Notes: generated by a model not told the origin, from the letters alone. DNA of 64,000 nt from Octopus sinensis (GCF_006345805.1 NC_042998.1:140182001-140246000), one strand, 5' to 3'. Shown: positions 1 to 12,982, counted from the stretch's first letter. Numbers and translations are program-made.

Positions 1-769
1 ATTTAAATTACATTTTTTCGGGTACTTATTGCTGGCTCTTACACAGCAATACGTCTCAAAATTAATGTTTATTTTTTGTTTCTAATTAATTGCTTATAAA
101 TTACGAAAATGAGTTTTTTTACCCTCATAATACACGTGCATTCAAAATGAAAGTATTTTTCTCTCTAAAGTAAAAAAACTAAAGGAAAAAAGAATAATAA
201 ACTAATTTGTGCCTGATTTTTATACCCTACCCCTTCATCTTTGGCATCGTGCCTTGACTCTTCATTTGGCTAGAATAATAATAAATACGACAGGTTACTT
301 GGTCGTGAAAGAGCTGTCCAGTGAAGAGCAACAGTCATCATTGTTTCTTTTCAGCCTAAATTACGGTGAAACACAATTGTCTGTTGTCGAACACAAGATA
401 AGTGAATACTCTAACAGAAAACCAATAATAATAACAAATGAATATTCTATGTAGATGAATTGAGATGAAGTACAAATAATGCTAGATATTAACACATCAA
501 GAGGAAAGTCAATTCAATATGAAAGTATGAACATACGGAATATGACGTCGATTGATCTGTCTTCTGGTAGTTGACAAAATGAAAGAGTACATGCTAATGA
601 ATGGCGGTAAAACCAGAGAAGAAAGGTGTATTATGTGGAAGCTGACGTAAAGAACAGGGCGGGGAAGAAGAAGGTGGTTCAAGAAGGGTGGTAGGAGAAG
701 GAAAGAGAAAAGAAAAATTACAAAGGTTTAAAAAATGGGAAAATGAAAAGCGGCTTCGTTGCTAACTAA

Positions 770-1900
770 AATGACGGACTGTATGCAACCAGGAAATCAG
801 CTCTGAAGCCATTCGGTGTTGTTAGTAAAAACTGCGTCTTCAACAAAAGCATCAAGCTGAAATATCTGGAAACCCTCATCTGGCCAGTAGACTTGTAAAA
901 TGTGTGTTAAGCATGGACCCTAACAGTGGCTGGTACCAAACGACTGAGGGTATTGAAGATGATGCGCTACAGGTGAGTTCTGTAAATCAGGTGGGTGGTC
1001 GATAGAACAGTCCAGGGATCTTTACCTTTTGACCGACAGATTAAAAAAATAATTTTTTGTAACTAAACACTTTCAAACTTCGGACACTGGTAGACTGTGT
1101 CTTATAAAACATCTTTTACTCTTAGCGTTTTTGAGAAAAGCTTATATTTAGGAAGTTATTTCACGTTAAAGTAGTCGTGTTTCGGTAATTTCAACTAATC
1201 AATGACGTGTATTCAGCTGAATAAAATTACTACCCTTGTTTGTCAACAAGAACTTCCGGCAGTGTATTATTCGTTTGTCACTGTTATTTATGACATCGTT
1301 CGTGCGTTTGTACTGGTTTTAGCTTTAAGGTTTTAGGGTTAGGGTTAGGGTTAAGCTGTTAGGGTTAGGATTGTCATAAATAACAGTGACAAACGAAATA
1401 TACACCCCCGCAAGTTCTTGTTGACAAACAACAGCAGTAATTTTATTCAGCTGAATATACATCATTGATTGGTTGAAATTACTGAAATACGAGAATTTTA
1501 ACAAAAAATAACTCCCAAAATACAGAATTTTCTCAACAGCGCGAAGAGTAAAAGATGTTTTATATGACACGTTTTACCAGTGTCCGAAGTTTGAAAGTGT
1601 TTAGTTACAAAAAAATTATTTTTGAAATCTGTCGGTCAAAAGGTAAAGCTCCCTGTCCAGGAGGAGATGAAATCGGGTGACCAAGATCTGGTGACATTGA
1701 TAAGCTGGCGAAAGCTGCAATATTTTGACACCGTTATCAGAGCCAAAAATATCCTTGATGGCTAGGTAAACGTAAAAGAGACTTACGGGAAGCAAAAACG
1801 AAGATGAAGTGATGACATCAAGGACTAAACGGGAAGGACCCTGGCGGAGAGTAAGGGCTACAGCACAAAACTGGAATATAAAGAGGAGTGATGGTTGTAT
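770..1900 (+). mobile_element. RTE-clade LINE 3' fragment (decayed), split by the MITE at 1016-1652
   Basis: Manual translation gives KLKYLETLIWPV..AWTLTVAGTKRLRGIE before the MITE and LVTLISWRKLQYFDTVIRA..ILDG*V..GKQKRR*SDDIKD*TG after it. This matches the C-terminal RTE RT pattern (RKLxYFGH...EG...G..RRWxDD). Stops are present. Confidence 0.75.
1016..1652. mobile_element. Long-TIR MITE with central (TTAGGG)n and 8-bp TSD (Merlin-like)
   Basis: Ends GGATCTTTACCTTTTGACC...GGTCAAAAGGTAAAGCTCC. Inverted arms of about 280 bp. TSD CAGTCCAG (1008-1015) / CTGTCCAG (1653-1660). TTAGGG units at about 1333-1370. Confidence 0.85.
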
Positions 1901-2207
1901 CTAAAACCTCCGACCGTTAGTCATTCATCGGCGTTGGAAAGTGAACTGGAATCATTGACATGACATGTCCTACATGAACCAATTTGGGTTTCTGTTGATG
2001 AGGAACGAAGGATCTATAACTTTGTAGTTAATATAATGAGATCCAGTGATGCTAATTTATTTTCTCTTAAATGACAAAAAGGAAACAGCGACAGCTCGAA
2101 ACTGAAATTAAGAAAGAGACAATTGCAACTTCCGATATGTCGGTAATGGAGGTTTCCGATTGGTTAAAATTACATAACTTTTTATCATTATTAATTTCTA
2201 GAAAACT

Positions 2208-2416
2208 GCGAGCAGGCAGAATCGTTAGTAGGTCGGACAAAATGCTTTGCTGCATTTATTCCGGTTCTTTACATTCTGAATTCAGATCCCGTTGCGGTTG
2301 ATTTTTTACTTTTCATCCTTTTGGGTGTCGATAAATAAGTGGCGTTGATGTAATCCACTATCCTCAACTCACGCAAAAATTTCGGAGCCCTTCCGCCTGT
2401 ACCAGAAAAGATTATG
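2208..2416 (+). mobile_element. tRNA-derived SINE, type A (diverged)
   Basis: GGCAGAATCGTTAG head, degenerate B box (GAATTCAGATCC), TTTCATCCTTTTGGGTGTCGATAAATAAG core, tail resembling other copies in the window. Confidence 0.7.
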
Positions 2417-2468
2417 AATTTCTACAAAGGCGGAGAGCTGACAGAATCTCTAGCGTGTCGGACAAAAT

Positions 2469-2504
2469 GAGTGGATTTGGAAGACGGAAACTGAAAGAAA
2501 CCTG

Positions 2505-2551
<47 letters not shown>

Positions 2552-2765
2552 CGCACGTGTTTGTTACCCACCACCGCTTGACAACCGGTATTAGTGTGTT
2601 TTTGTCCCCGTAACTTAGCGGTTCGGTTGAATAAGAGATCGACAGAATAAGTACCAGGCTTTTTTTTTAAAAGTACTGGAGTCGATTCATTCGACTAAAA
2701 ATTCTTCGAGGCGGTGCCCCAGCATGGTCACGGTCTAATGACCGAAAGAAGTAAGAGATAAAAGA
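2469..2765 (+). mobile_element. SINE type B, 5'-truncated
   Basis: Aligns by eye to the full copy at 45458-45849 (GAGTGGATTTGG..GACGGAAACTGAAAGAA..GCTTGACAACC..CCCCGTAACTTAGCGGTTCGG..CCAGCATGG). Confidence 0.8.
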
Positions 2766-3039
2766 TATAAAAGCAACTCTACAAGAACTGAAGAATAGAA
2801 AATGATGTAAGTTCAAATAGCTATTTGCGTTACTTAAACACTTTGAGTATATAGTCAAAAGAAACGCTCTCTGCCTGGGACATGGGACGGAAAGTTACAA
2901 ACACCATTATTCTATCCTATGAAACTTTGGTTTTGTTTGACTTGGCATAAGTGTTATATTTTCTAAAAAAACAAGAAAATGTGATGCTGTGACGCTAATG
3001 GCTTTCGCTTAAAGAGACATGTAGTATTCTGCGTTGATG

Positions 3040-3837
3040 GTGCGGCCCTTTGGCAGGTGTCTTATGAGGAGTACACCGTCTTTGTCCCAGAACACTGAAG
3101 TCAGAAGCTTTCTAGATGATTTCTGGGTCCAAAACGTCTTGTGACGCGGTAAACCGCTGTGACGCCATTTCATTGATTGCTGCTTGGTCTGGGAATCATA
3201 ATGATGAAAATAAGTTTTATTTATAAGTGACTAAATGAGCCATAAAATCAACCTCGCCAACTGCAAACCGATCCAAAATCGCCTTTGATGTCATTCTGAT
3301 ACACACCCGATCTGGATTCCGGCATTTCGGCACGCATCTTGCAGAAAGCCTCTTCATGTCCAGAATGTTGTGGACGATGTGCTCAACTATTTCGCGGGAA
3401 ATCCCCAGAGTCTCAGCTATGACTTTAGCTGAAATCTGGTGGTCCTCGAGAATCATAACCTGCACAGCGTCAGTTTTGTCCTCTGTGGTCACGGAAGTTG
3501 ACCGTCCTAACTGGGGGGTCATCGGCGTCCTCGAAATGACCTGTCTGAAACCTTGACATCCAGATTTTCACTATGGGGCAGCCATCCTTCAAGACTTCCT
3601 TCATCCCGCCATGAATTTACGCTGCTCCTTTGCCTTGCAAAAAGAGGAACTTCATGACCGCCCGTACTTCAATTTTACCAAAATCCACTGCAGGTGCTGC
3701 CATCATGCGTCAACCTGCAAAAAAGAGAAAAATATATTGTATACCATCATGATTTTTGCATATCTTCTCAACAGTAAAGGTATCAGCTCTACCCTCCAGC
3801 GATACTCTTAAAGTCAGGAACTTTTCAGCACCCCTCG
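3040..3837 (-). mobile_element. mariner transposon relic (5' TIR plus N-terminal half of the transposase)
   Basis: TIR TA|CGAGGGGTGCTGAAAAGTTCCTGACTTT at 3811-3839. ORF 3217-3522 has the HTH and KRLSARCVPK (WVP motif). Further pieces read HHYDSQTKQQSMKWRH and SVFWDKDGV. Confidence 0.85.
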
Positions 3838-3911
3838 TATAGGTATGGTGATGCAAGTAAAAGAAATAGAACTCAATACGTAAGTATATGTATATTTTTT
3901 ATTAATATTTA

Positions 3912-4030
3912 GCAGAAGCACTTAGAGTGACTCAAGGGCCGAGAGTTTCGTGCGTTGGCACTTATCAAACTGGTTTGATAACTATCAACGCACGAAACTT
4001 TCGGACCTTGAGTCACGATAATGCTTCTGC
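3912..4030. repeat. 119-bp palindromic element flanked by TA
   Basis: Arms GCAGAAGCA..GTGACTCAAGGGCCGAGAGTTTCGTGCGTTG and CAACGCACGAAACTTTCGGACCTTGAGTCAC..TGCTTCTGC. Central hairpin TTATCAAAC-TG-GTTTGATAA. Confidence 0.9.
3926..3971 (-). ncRNA. Hammerhead ribozyme motif (type I, U3:A8 variant)
   Basis: Minus strand reads AGT TTGATAA GTGC-CAAC-GCAC GAAA CTC-TCGGCCCTT-GAG TC ACT. Core, stem II, stem III and GUC triplet are present. Stem I is only 3 bp. Confidence 0.65.
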
Positions 4031-5110
<1,080 letters not shown>

Positions 5111-5375
5111 GGTTGTGTAGATATACACACACACAAATAGAGGAGCAAATAGATACAGACAAAAACGCACATATTCATGCATATACGCATATCCACATAT
5201 CTGCGATAAGGAGGAGAACGAGAAGGAAAGATCATAGCAGCAATATCACACTCCTTCCTCTCCCTTTTTCTTTCCCCTCACTCCATTTCTATGTATATGT
5301 CACTCCGTCTCCTTCTCTTGTTTCTCCGTCTTCCTCTCTGTTTTCTCCCTTTCCGCCCTTATTTTATCTTTCTCT

Positions 5376-5413
<38 letters not shown>

Positions 5414-5873
5414 CTTCTCAAAAGACAATACAGCAGCTCTCTGTAATGAATCCAATATATTTCCACTGTTATTGCTGTCTTGTGAATAGTGTCAGAAAAG
5501 ATCAATAGAAGACTCCGATACAGATACTTTCCTTATTAAATGGTAGAAATCAAAGAGTTTAGGTGTTTGCGCTATATTTCCCTATTTCCTGACAGTAAAC
5601 GGACCGCATTCATCAAACCTGAATGACACGTAACATATCCGCTTTTATTTGCTCACCGACAATATATTTGTTTCTGCATTTTAGATGTAACTTCAGCGGA
5701 ATAGTTTTTATTTAGTCAACAATGGCCGGTCATTGAATGCACCAAGCTCTCTGTCGAACTTACATACCACACTGTTCATTTTAATTTCATTACATGGGGA
5801 AAGATAAGTCTCTAGAGGGGGTAGAAAAATAATAATAATAATAATAACAACAACAACAATAATGATAATAATA

Positions 5874-5910
<37 letters not shown>

Positions 5911-6479
5911 CGATGATAAACAACTCGTTTGTTCTTTGTAGTTTTATTATAAAATAGTGTAATGTTGGTTTATGGAGAAAATTGTTCAGAGAGAGACGAA
6001 ATGGATATAAATCGATTTGGCAGTTGGGGAAACTAATTTTTCCTGCAAATAATTATTATTTTATTTTTCTTACTTTTCATCAATAATTTTTATTTATGCT
6101 AATCTCTAATCTTTGTAGAAATAATATCAGATCCTGATGAACAAAATATCAGAATTGTTAGGATCTCTTGTGATTTCAGCTCAAATCTACCACACCAACT
6201 ACAAAAGCGGCGAGAGCCATATTTATTGCATTATGAGAAAATCTGCCACAAAACACAATAGATTTCCAAATATACTCAAAGTATATTATAAAGTGTTTCT
6301 GTTTTTAATTATAAACCATGAATATAAGATGAAAGAGACAATTTAAAGTATGCAGTTTTAGTTTCGATTCTTGGACTCGTACCTAACTTTTAAGTACAAC
6401 TGATTTGTCTTTTACATTATGCAATCGTAAAACATCGTTTCTGCCTATGAGAAAAGCATTTCAAAGTTATTGGTTATCT

Positions 6480-6850
6480 TTTATCTGTTACTTGTTTCAG
6501 CCATTGGACTGCGATCATGCTGGAACACCACCTTAATATATATATACATTACGGAGATGTACTTGCATAGCAAGATCATGTGCTGGAACGAAAACAATTG
6601 CAGCACGGAAGGTGTTTATAAGCCTTTTAATAAGCACATAGAAACCGTTAGATTCACTTCAACATTTAAATTTAATTTCCCAAAACATTTTCGTCGTTTT
6701 GAGTCCGCGACCTGTTCATTGACAAAATTCCGTGCTGCATATATATAAAGTCTGGTACTTATTCTATCAGTTGCCGAACCATTAGGTTACAAGGATGTAA
6801 ACAAACCAATACTAGTTGTCAAGAAGTGGTAGGAGGCAAGTACAATGACA
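6480..6850 (-). mobile_element. SINE type B interrupted by a PLE-like insert (about 6540-6745)
   Basis: SINE 3' end (TTACTTGTTTCAGCCATTGGACTGCGATCATGCTGG) and continuation (TCTGGTACTTATTCTATC..GTTGTCAAG) flank an unrelated insert that is bounded by (TA)n. Confidence 0.7.
6599..6739 (-). mobile_element. Probable Penelope-like terminal repeat fragment with a degenerate hammerhead and a 12-bp inverted repeat
   Basis: TGCAGCACGGAA (6599-6610) / TTCCGTGCTGCA (6728-6739). Minus strand reads ATGAACA G GTCG..CGAC GAAA ATGT TT. Confidence 0.45.
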
Positions 6851-6902
6851 CACACTCATACATACATACATACATACATACATACATACATACATACATA
6901 CA

Positions 6903-6939
<37 letters not shown>

Positions 6940-7229
6940 ATATATTTTTTTATTAAAAAAAATAAATATATTTTATTATTAAAATCTACGTTAGATTTTA
7001 TCAGGTAGCTAGCATGCAATCAACCTATTAAGGTAAAATTAATCAATTTATAAATTGATATATAAAAATATATATCAGGAGCGAACACGTACGAATACGA
7101 GTCCAACTGCTTGCTAGAAGAAGACGCTAATGTCTGAAAACTACCTGACATACCACCATAAAAATAACACGAGTCGTATTTGTGCAAATAAACGAAACAG
7201 ATTCATGAAACGATTCAATTACATATCAA

Positions 7230-7530
7230 TTGATTTCAAGATTAAGGAGCAATCCCCTTTTCTACCATCAATGTAATGCAGCCAGGTCACTGCACACAAC
7301 CACGAACAAAATACCAGCCTCTTTGTTAGCTATATCGAGGAAGAGTTCACTGACCCTATTCAGGATTTGTTCAGTCATCATGTCAATGACATCCATCGGT
7401 TTACACTGCATTCTCTATGGATACAGACATTGATTTCATCACCACTTTCCGCCCATCTCTTGATTTTACTTCAGCCATCTATGATACTCCTGTTGCTTTC
7501 CTTTCGATTTTTCCACCTTTGTTCGTTATA
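7230..7530 (+). pseudogene. Penelope-like RT fragment (decayed YIDD region and thumb)
   Basis: Manual translation LFVSYIEEEFTDPIQDLFSHHVNDI and DFITTFRPSLDFTSAIYDTPVAFL resembles PLE RT (LF..RYIDD; F..FHP.LKFT..IS..V.FLD). Confidence 0.55.
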
Positions 7531-8034
7531 ATCACACTGACTTAATTCCTAGCTCGAATTTCCCTCCTTCTCCTCTTCTTCCGCCCCTCCTCCGCCAAAG
7601 CTGCCTCCTCCGCCAAAGCTGCCTCCTCCGCCGCTGCTTCCTCCTCCTCCTCCTCCTCCTCCTCCTCCTCCTCTCTCTCTCTCTCTCACTCACACACACA
7701 CACACACACGCACATACACACACATTGTAGCATACACCAGAACTGACATCGCATTCTCGTTATACATGATAATATATTGAAACCACAAGATCGTAGTCTC
7801 GTCATCAACGAGAGCCCCTCTTGACCACCAAACATATAGATCTTAAGCAAAGACCACATTACAAAAAAAAAACAAAAAAAAACTAGCTTCCTTCTTCTTC
7901 AAGACTAGAAAATACTTCAATCGCATGGACTATTAATCGTTTATAAAACCCAAGAGAGACCCGCAATAGAATACTAATCCCACAAGTAATGCAGAACTGC
8001 TGCAATTCCTAGACGACTGTCTCGACTGCATTTA

Positions 8035-8430
8035 ATGAAAAGCAACGTGACTCATTGGTATGAAGTCACTCATCAACACGCCCTTATTTACAGATGTACC
8101 GTGTCCTTCTCGGCCTTTTCTATCACTATTACATTGCCTCTGTTTCTTGGAGCTGCCTGGTCAAGTGTTACCTTCGCTCAGATATTCTCGACCCACTCGT
8201 TTCTCCTCTTCTCGTTATCCGTACTTTGTCCATCTCCAGGTATTGCACAAACCGCTTTACTCAATCGTTTCTCCCTAGAATATCATCCCCCTGGAATTCC
8301 TTCCATACATATGGTCTTCTTGCCACCATCAATCAAGAGGAACGTTAACTATGTCGACCTTACCGGTATGGAAGAGTCTTCAAGAGGAACGTTAACTATG
8401 TCGACCATACCGGTATGGAAGAGTCTTCAA
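8035..8430 (+). mobile_element. CR1/Jockey-group LINE 3' fragment with a short tandem duplication at its end
   Basis: ORF 8094-8348 reads LGLFYHYY..RFTQSFLPRISSPWNS, matching the F..SF.PR...WNSLP terminal motif. TCAAGAGGAACGTTAACTATGTCGACC..GGAAGAGTCT occurs twice (about 8333-8430). Confidence 0.6.
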
Positions 8431-8621
8431 GAGGCAAGGGATCCGAGAAAAAAAATTAAACCTTAGATTCCTTTTCATATTCGGTGAAATGTGCCACGTC
8501 TTTGCACAGAGATACAGTGTAGCATTACTTAACGTCACCCATCACTGATTCAAGGCAATTGACAGAACATCTACACTCTTACCCAAACGTATACTAAGCA
8601 GATTTCTCTTTTCTACTACCG

Positions 8622-8859
8622 TTATAGCTTTGTTAAGCTATGTATAAAAATAATCAGAAACAAGAGTATGTCGCTGTTTGTCTATTTCGTTTCAAGCAGC
8701 AACACACTCTGAGGGCGAGTACAATTGGCCATTTAAATCCCCAGATTCCTCTCTCGCCTAACTGGAAGTCCCTTCTCTGCGGACCACCTCTTTAGTTAGC
8801 CCGCACTGAAGTTCCTGTCTACAGTTCGTCTGTTATGAGTCCATGGGCAGTGCCCTACA
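8622..8859 (-). repeat. 3' LTR (238 bp)
   Basis: Direct repeat of 12744-12982 (TTATAGCTTTGT...GGGCAGTG(C/A)CCTACA). Begins with TG on the minus strand. Confidence 0.88.
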
Positions 8860-8863
8860 TATA

Positions 8864-9056
8864 TATTTCTTTACTACCCACAGGGGTCTACACATAGAGG
8901 GGACAAACAAGGACAGACAAATGGATTAAGTCAACTACATTGACCCCAGTGCGAAACTGGTACTTAATTTATCGACCCCGAAAGGATGAAAGGCAAAGTC
9001 GACCTCGGCGGAATTTGAACTAAGAACGTAGCGGCAGACGAAATACCGCTAAGCAT
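8864..9056 (-). mobile_element. SINE type A (5'-truncated) inserted at the LTR/PPT boundary
   Basis: 13-bp TSD TGCCCTACATATA at 8851-8863 and 9057-9069. B box GTTCAAATTCC is present on the minus strand. Confidence 0.88.
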
Positions 9057-9069
9057 TGCCCTACATATA

Positions 9070-9081
9070 GCTTCCCCCTCA
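9070..9081 (-). other. Polypurine tract of the Gypsy element
   Basis: GAGGGGGAAG on the minus strand, immediately upstream of the 3' LTR once the SINE is removed. Confidence 0.7.
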
Positions 9082-9299
9082 GAACTGTTGACTGTCATTG
9101 GCACCGGGAGTTTTAACCACCCTGCCTGTGCGCGTGATTACTCGGCTCTTTGGCGACTGTTCGTTGTCAGGGGTTGGTGTGACTTGCCTAGGGCAGCCTT
9201 TGTCAGGCGGTTGAGCTACTTGAACGGAGCTGTCGATATCGAGATGGGCTAGTTTCGATCTGTCGATGGAAACCGTGTCTTGTCGTCCGCCAATCAGGA

Positions 9300-12200
9300 G
9301 TTAAAATGATTTATCACTTCATAAGAGCCATCATAGGGTCACTGAAGGATTTTTCGTCGTGTGTCCCGGTGAACGAACTCAAACTTCGGCTTGTGAAGAT
9401 CATTTGTTGCGGATGACTTAGGTGTACCATGTGTTGACATGGGAGTAGGGTGTAACTGGCCCACAATGTCTCTCAAGTGCGCGAGATAACCTTGGACATT
9501 TGGGTCTGACCCTGTATATAGAAGGAACTCTCCCAGCACCGTAAGTGAGACACCGTTTACCATTTCTGTGGAAGAAGTGTCGAAATTTTCCTTTGTGGCG
9601 GTGTGGATTCTCAGCATCAACTATAGAAGTTGATCGATCCAGTTGGGCTCATTAAGTCTGGTTGTGAGGGATTCCTTCAAGCGATGGTGAAATCTCTCTA
9701 CTAAGCCGTTGGCCTGGGGATGGTAGACTGTTGTACATTTCATTGTAATGCCAAAAAGTTCACACGTCATTTCACATCTTTGAGATGAACTGAGGCCCAC
9801 GATCATATGAGATGCTGTCTGGGACACCGAAATGGACAACCCAGTTTGTGTTTCCGTGCTGCGGATAAGTATAGCCTCAGGTCAATGAGTGAAGCGGTCC
9901 ACCAAGGAGAAACCTTGCGAAGGTAGTAGGGGGTCAACGAGGTCAATGTTGACGTAGCAGAAACGGGCCTGTGGTGGGTTCATAGCCATGCTAATGGATT
10001 TTGGCTTGTTGACAGGAGGTACAGGTTTTAGTCCACCCCCCAATTTGCTTGGTCACACCATGCCAGATGAATTTGCTTGACATCAGGCGTCGGTGGCTCT
10101 GGTACCCGGGTGGGAGAGCCCGTGAATAATATCAAGAAACCTCCGGCGCCAGGCTAATGGGACGATTTGGTCGTGGCTTCCCAGTGGGTACATCACAAAG
10201 TAGGATTGTTCTGTTGGAGCCAAAGTGCACATCCTGCAACGAAAGGGAGGTAATGGTAGTGCGGTAGCCCCTGATCTCACCCACTGTCTGTTGAACTGCA
10301 ATCATAGCCTCAAAATCCAGACATTCTGTTATAAAAACTATGTAGGTGTCAGAGTAGGTACGGGTTCTAGAGAGTGCATCAGTGACTGGATTGCTTTTTC
10401 CGGCTATGTGTTGAATATCCGTAGTGTATTAAAAAATGGCCGGTAACTGTCGCTGCTGACCATGGCTCTGAGAGCTTACTCATAGTGAAGATGAGTGGTT
10501 TGTGGTCTGTGAACACTGTGAAAATACGACCTTCAAGAAAATAGCAAAAATGGCGAACACCTAGAAGGATGGTTAGTAGTTCCCTGTCAAAAGCGCTGTA
10601 TTTCTATTCAGGTAGTTGTCGACTGAAGGAGAGAGGTCGTCACTGACCGTTGATGTATTGTTCCTAGACGCTTATAATGGCTATGTCGGAGGCATCAACT
10701 GTGAGTACAGTCCATGTGAAGATGGGAAAGTATGGTTGCTTTAGCAAGAGCTCCTTTCGTGGATTTGAAGGCTGAGATCATTGCACTGTCTCACTCCACT
10801 TGTCTTTTTGAACCCTCTTTTGACAGTGTTTTGTACAGAGATCTCATAACTCTTGCTGCGGAGGAGATGAAACGATGATAAAAGTTTACCGGACTCATAA
10901 ATTAGTGCAGAGCCTTGTTTGTTATGGGGCGTGGAAAGGACAGGCTAACTTTCACTTTTTCTGGCAGGAGTGTAGCAGCTGCACCTGTGATTTGATGTCC
11001 CAGTAAGTCGATTTCCTTAACACCAAATACACACTTGTCGGGGTTACCAAACTATTTTGTTCCAACCTATCAAAAAAGGTCACTAAGTGTTTCTTGAGTA
11101 ACTCCGCATTTTGGTTTGCGACAAGGATATTATCTAAGTATGCAAAGACAAAATCAAGACCTATGCACACTGTGTTCATTAAGTGTTAGAAGGACTGTGC
11201 CGCATTTTTTTTAGGCCGAAAGGTGTACGTACAACCCAAAAGGAGTGATCACAGCGGTTTTAGGTACATTGTCGTCTCGTACTGGTATTTGGTGGTAACC
11301 TCGGATTATGTCAACCTTCGAGAAAACTGGGCTGAGAAGTCCTGTATGTGCACAAGGGGTAGCGTTCGGGTGCTGTGTGTGCGTTGAGACGGCGATAATC
11401 TTCACAAGATCAACCTCCATTGGGTTTTGGTTCTACATGTAGGAGTGACAACTAGGGAATGCATGGTCGGCGAACGATACCCAAAGCTTCCATATTGTCG
11501 AACTTGGCCTTCGCAATAGCACGTTTGTCTGGTAATAGCCGATGCGCCTGGCTGTGCACTGGAGGGCCGGTAGTGGAGATGTGGTACTTCACTCCATGGC
11601 GTGTTGTAGGTTTGGAAAATGTTGAGGTAGTGAGATTCGAGCAGCTCATAAGGAGATTAGAGAATGCTTTCTCGGTCTCAGAGACTGCTGCTATGCGAGG
11701 AGCGGCATGTGCAGATGTTGCAAGAGAAACGATAGCATACGTGTTGCTATTGAAGAGTCGTCTCCTTTGAAGATCTATCAGCAGTGAGTGTGCCTGAAGA
11801 AAGACCGCTCCGATAATGGGCTGATGGATATCAGCGACGGTGAAAGCCCACGTGTATGCCTGTGAACTGGTGTGAAGAGAGAGAATGCAGTGACCGTACG
11901 CTTCGATTGTGGAGTTGTTGGTGGCCAGTAACGAAGGTCCTTGCCGAAGCTGAGATCACACTGACTTCTGCTCCTGTGTCGATTAGGAATTTTCGTCCGG
12001 AGCTCCGATTGTGGACATTCAGGAGCAGTTGATCGTGTTTGCCGGCCACCAGAGTGTTCAATGGTGGCCGGCCTTGGACTTTCTTGGGGCCAATAGCAAA
12101 GAGCTCTTGAAGTTACAAGGTTGCTTACACTTGGTAACCTTTGTCCCAAACTTCGTGTGAGAGAAACACAGATCATCTCGTATAACTTTACTATGTCTCG

Positions 12201-12720
12201 GGGTTGACCTTATGACGTTGATCGTATCCCCGTAGGACAAAAATTGCTTGTCAACCGCTTTCGCTAACTACCGCAGGTCCTTAATCTCGGTCTGAGTTAT
12301 GAGGAACTAGACCTGGGGTGGCAATTTACGGAGGAATATCTCCCTAAACAAAAACGGTGACTCACGGAGGTGGGGGGGGCACTAATGCCAGGATCCTATC
12401 CATGAGCTCGGAAGGCTTGGAATCGCCTAATTCTTCCGCATCCACTATCTTGGCTACCGTTTCCGGTCGCTAAGCCGGAATGTTTCCACGAATCTCTCTT
12501 TCAAAGTGGCGTATTTGTGAGTGGCCAGCGGTTGGGTCTAGCACCCTTGTTGCTGTGTCCTCATCCAGTGCTGCTGTAACAAAGGAATACTTCATCAGAT
12601 CCGCGGTGATCTCCCTTATATTGAATTGTGCTTCAACCTGTGCAAACTGTACCTCGGCCCGCTTCGGCCAGAATTGTAGGAGTTTCAGTGCGGCGGTGTG
12701 GTCGCTTGCTCTGTTTGCGT
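9300..12720 (-). pseudogene. Gypsy gag-pol (frameshifts and stops)
   Basis: gag LQFWPKRAEVQFAQVEAQFNIREI (about 12600-12690). Protease FLIDTGAEVSVI (about 11960-11995). RT VFSKVDIIRGYHQIPV, KTAVITPFG and VFAYLDNILV (YLDD changed to YLDN). Integrase HGLSHPGTRAT and YHPQANGLVERFHHRLKESL. Confidence 0.9.
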
Positions 12721-12731
12721 ATTTTCTACTA

Positions 12732-12742
12732 CGGGGTCACCA
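12732..12742 (-). other. Primer-binding site TGGTGACCCCG (complementary to the tRNA-Trp 3' end)
   Basis: Directly after the 5' LTR on the minus strand. Eukaryotic tRNA-Trp ends ...CGGGGUCA-CCA. Confidence 0.75.
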
Positions 12743-12743
12743 C

Positions 12744-12982
12744 TTATAGCTTTGTAAATTTATGCATAAAAGTAATCAGGAACAAGAGCGTGTCGGTGTA
12801 TAGTTCATTTCGTTTCAATTAGCTACATTGTGAAGGCGAATACGATCGGCCATCTAAATCCCCACACTCCTCTCCCGCCTAAACGGATGTCTCTTCTCTC
12901 TGCGGATCAGCTCGCTAACTAGCCCGCAGTGGAGTTCCTGTCGATAGTTCGTCTGTTATGAGCCCACGGGCAGTGACCTACA
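12744..12982 (-). repeat. 5' LTR (239 bp)
   Basis: Direct repeat of 8622-8859, adjacent to the PBS. Confidence 0.88.

Larger units (their letters stand above)
8622..12982 (-). mobile_element. Gypsy/Ty3 LTR retrotransposon, decayed, with both LTRs
   Basis: Two LTRs, PBS, PPT and gag-PR-RT-RH-IN fragments, all in the expected order on the minus strand. Confidence 0.92.
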
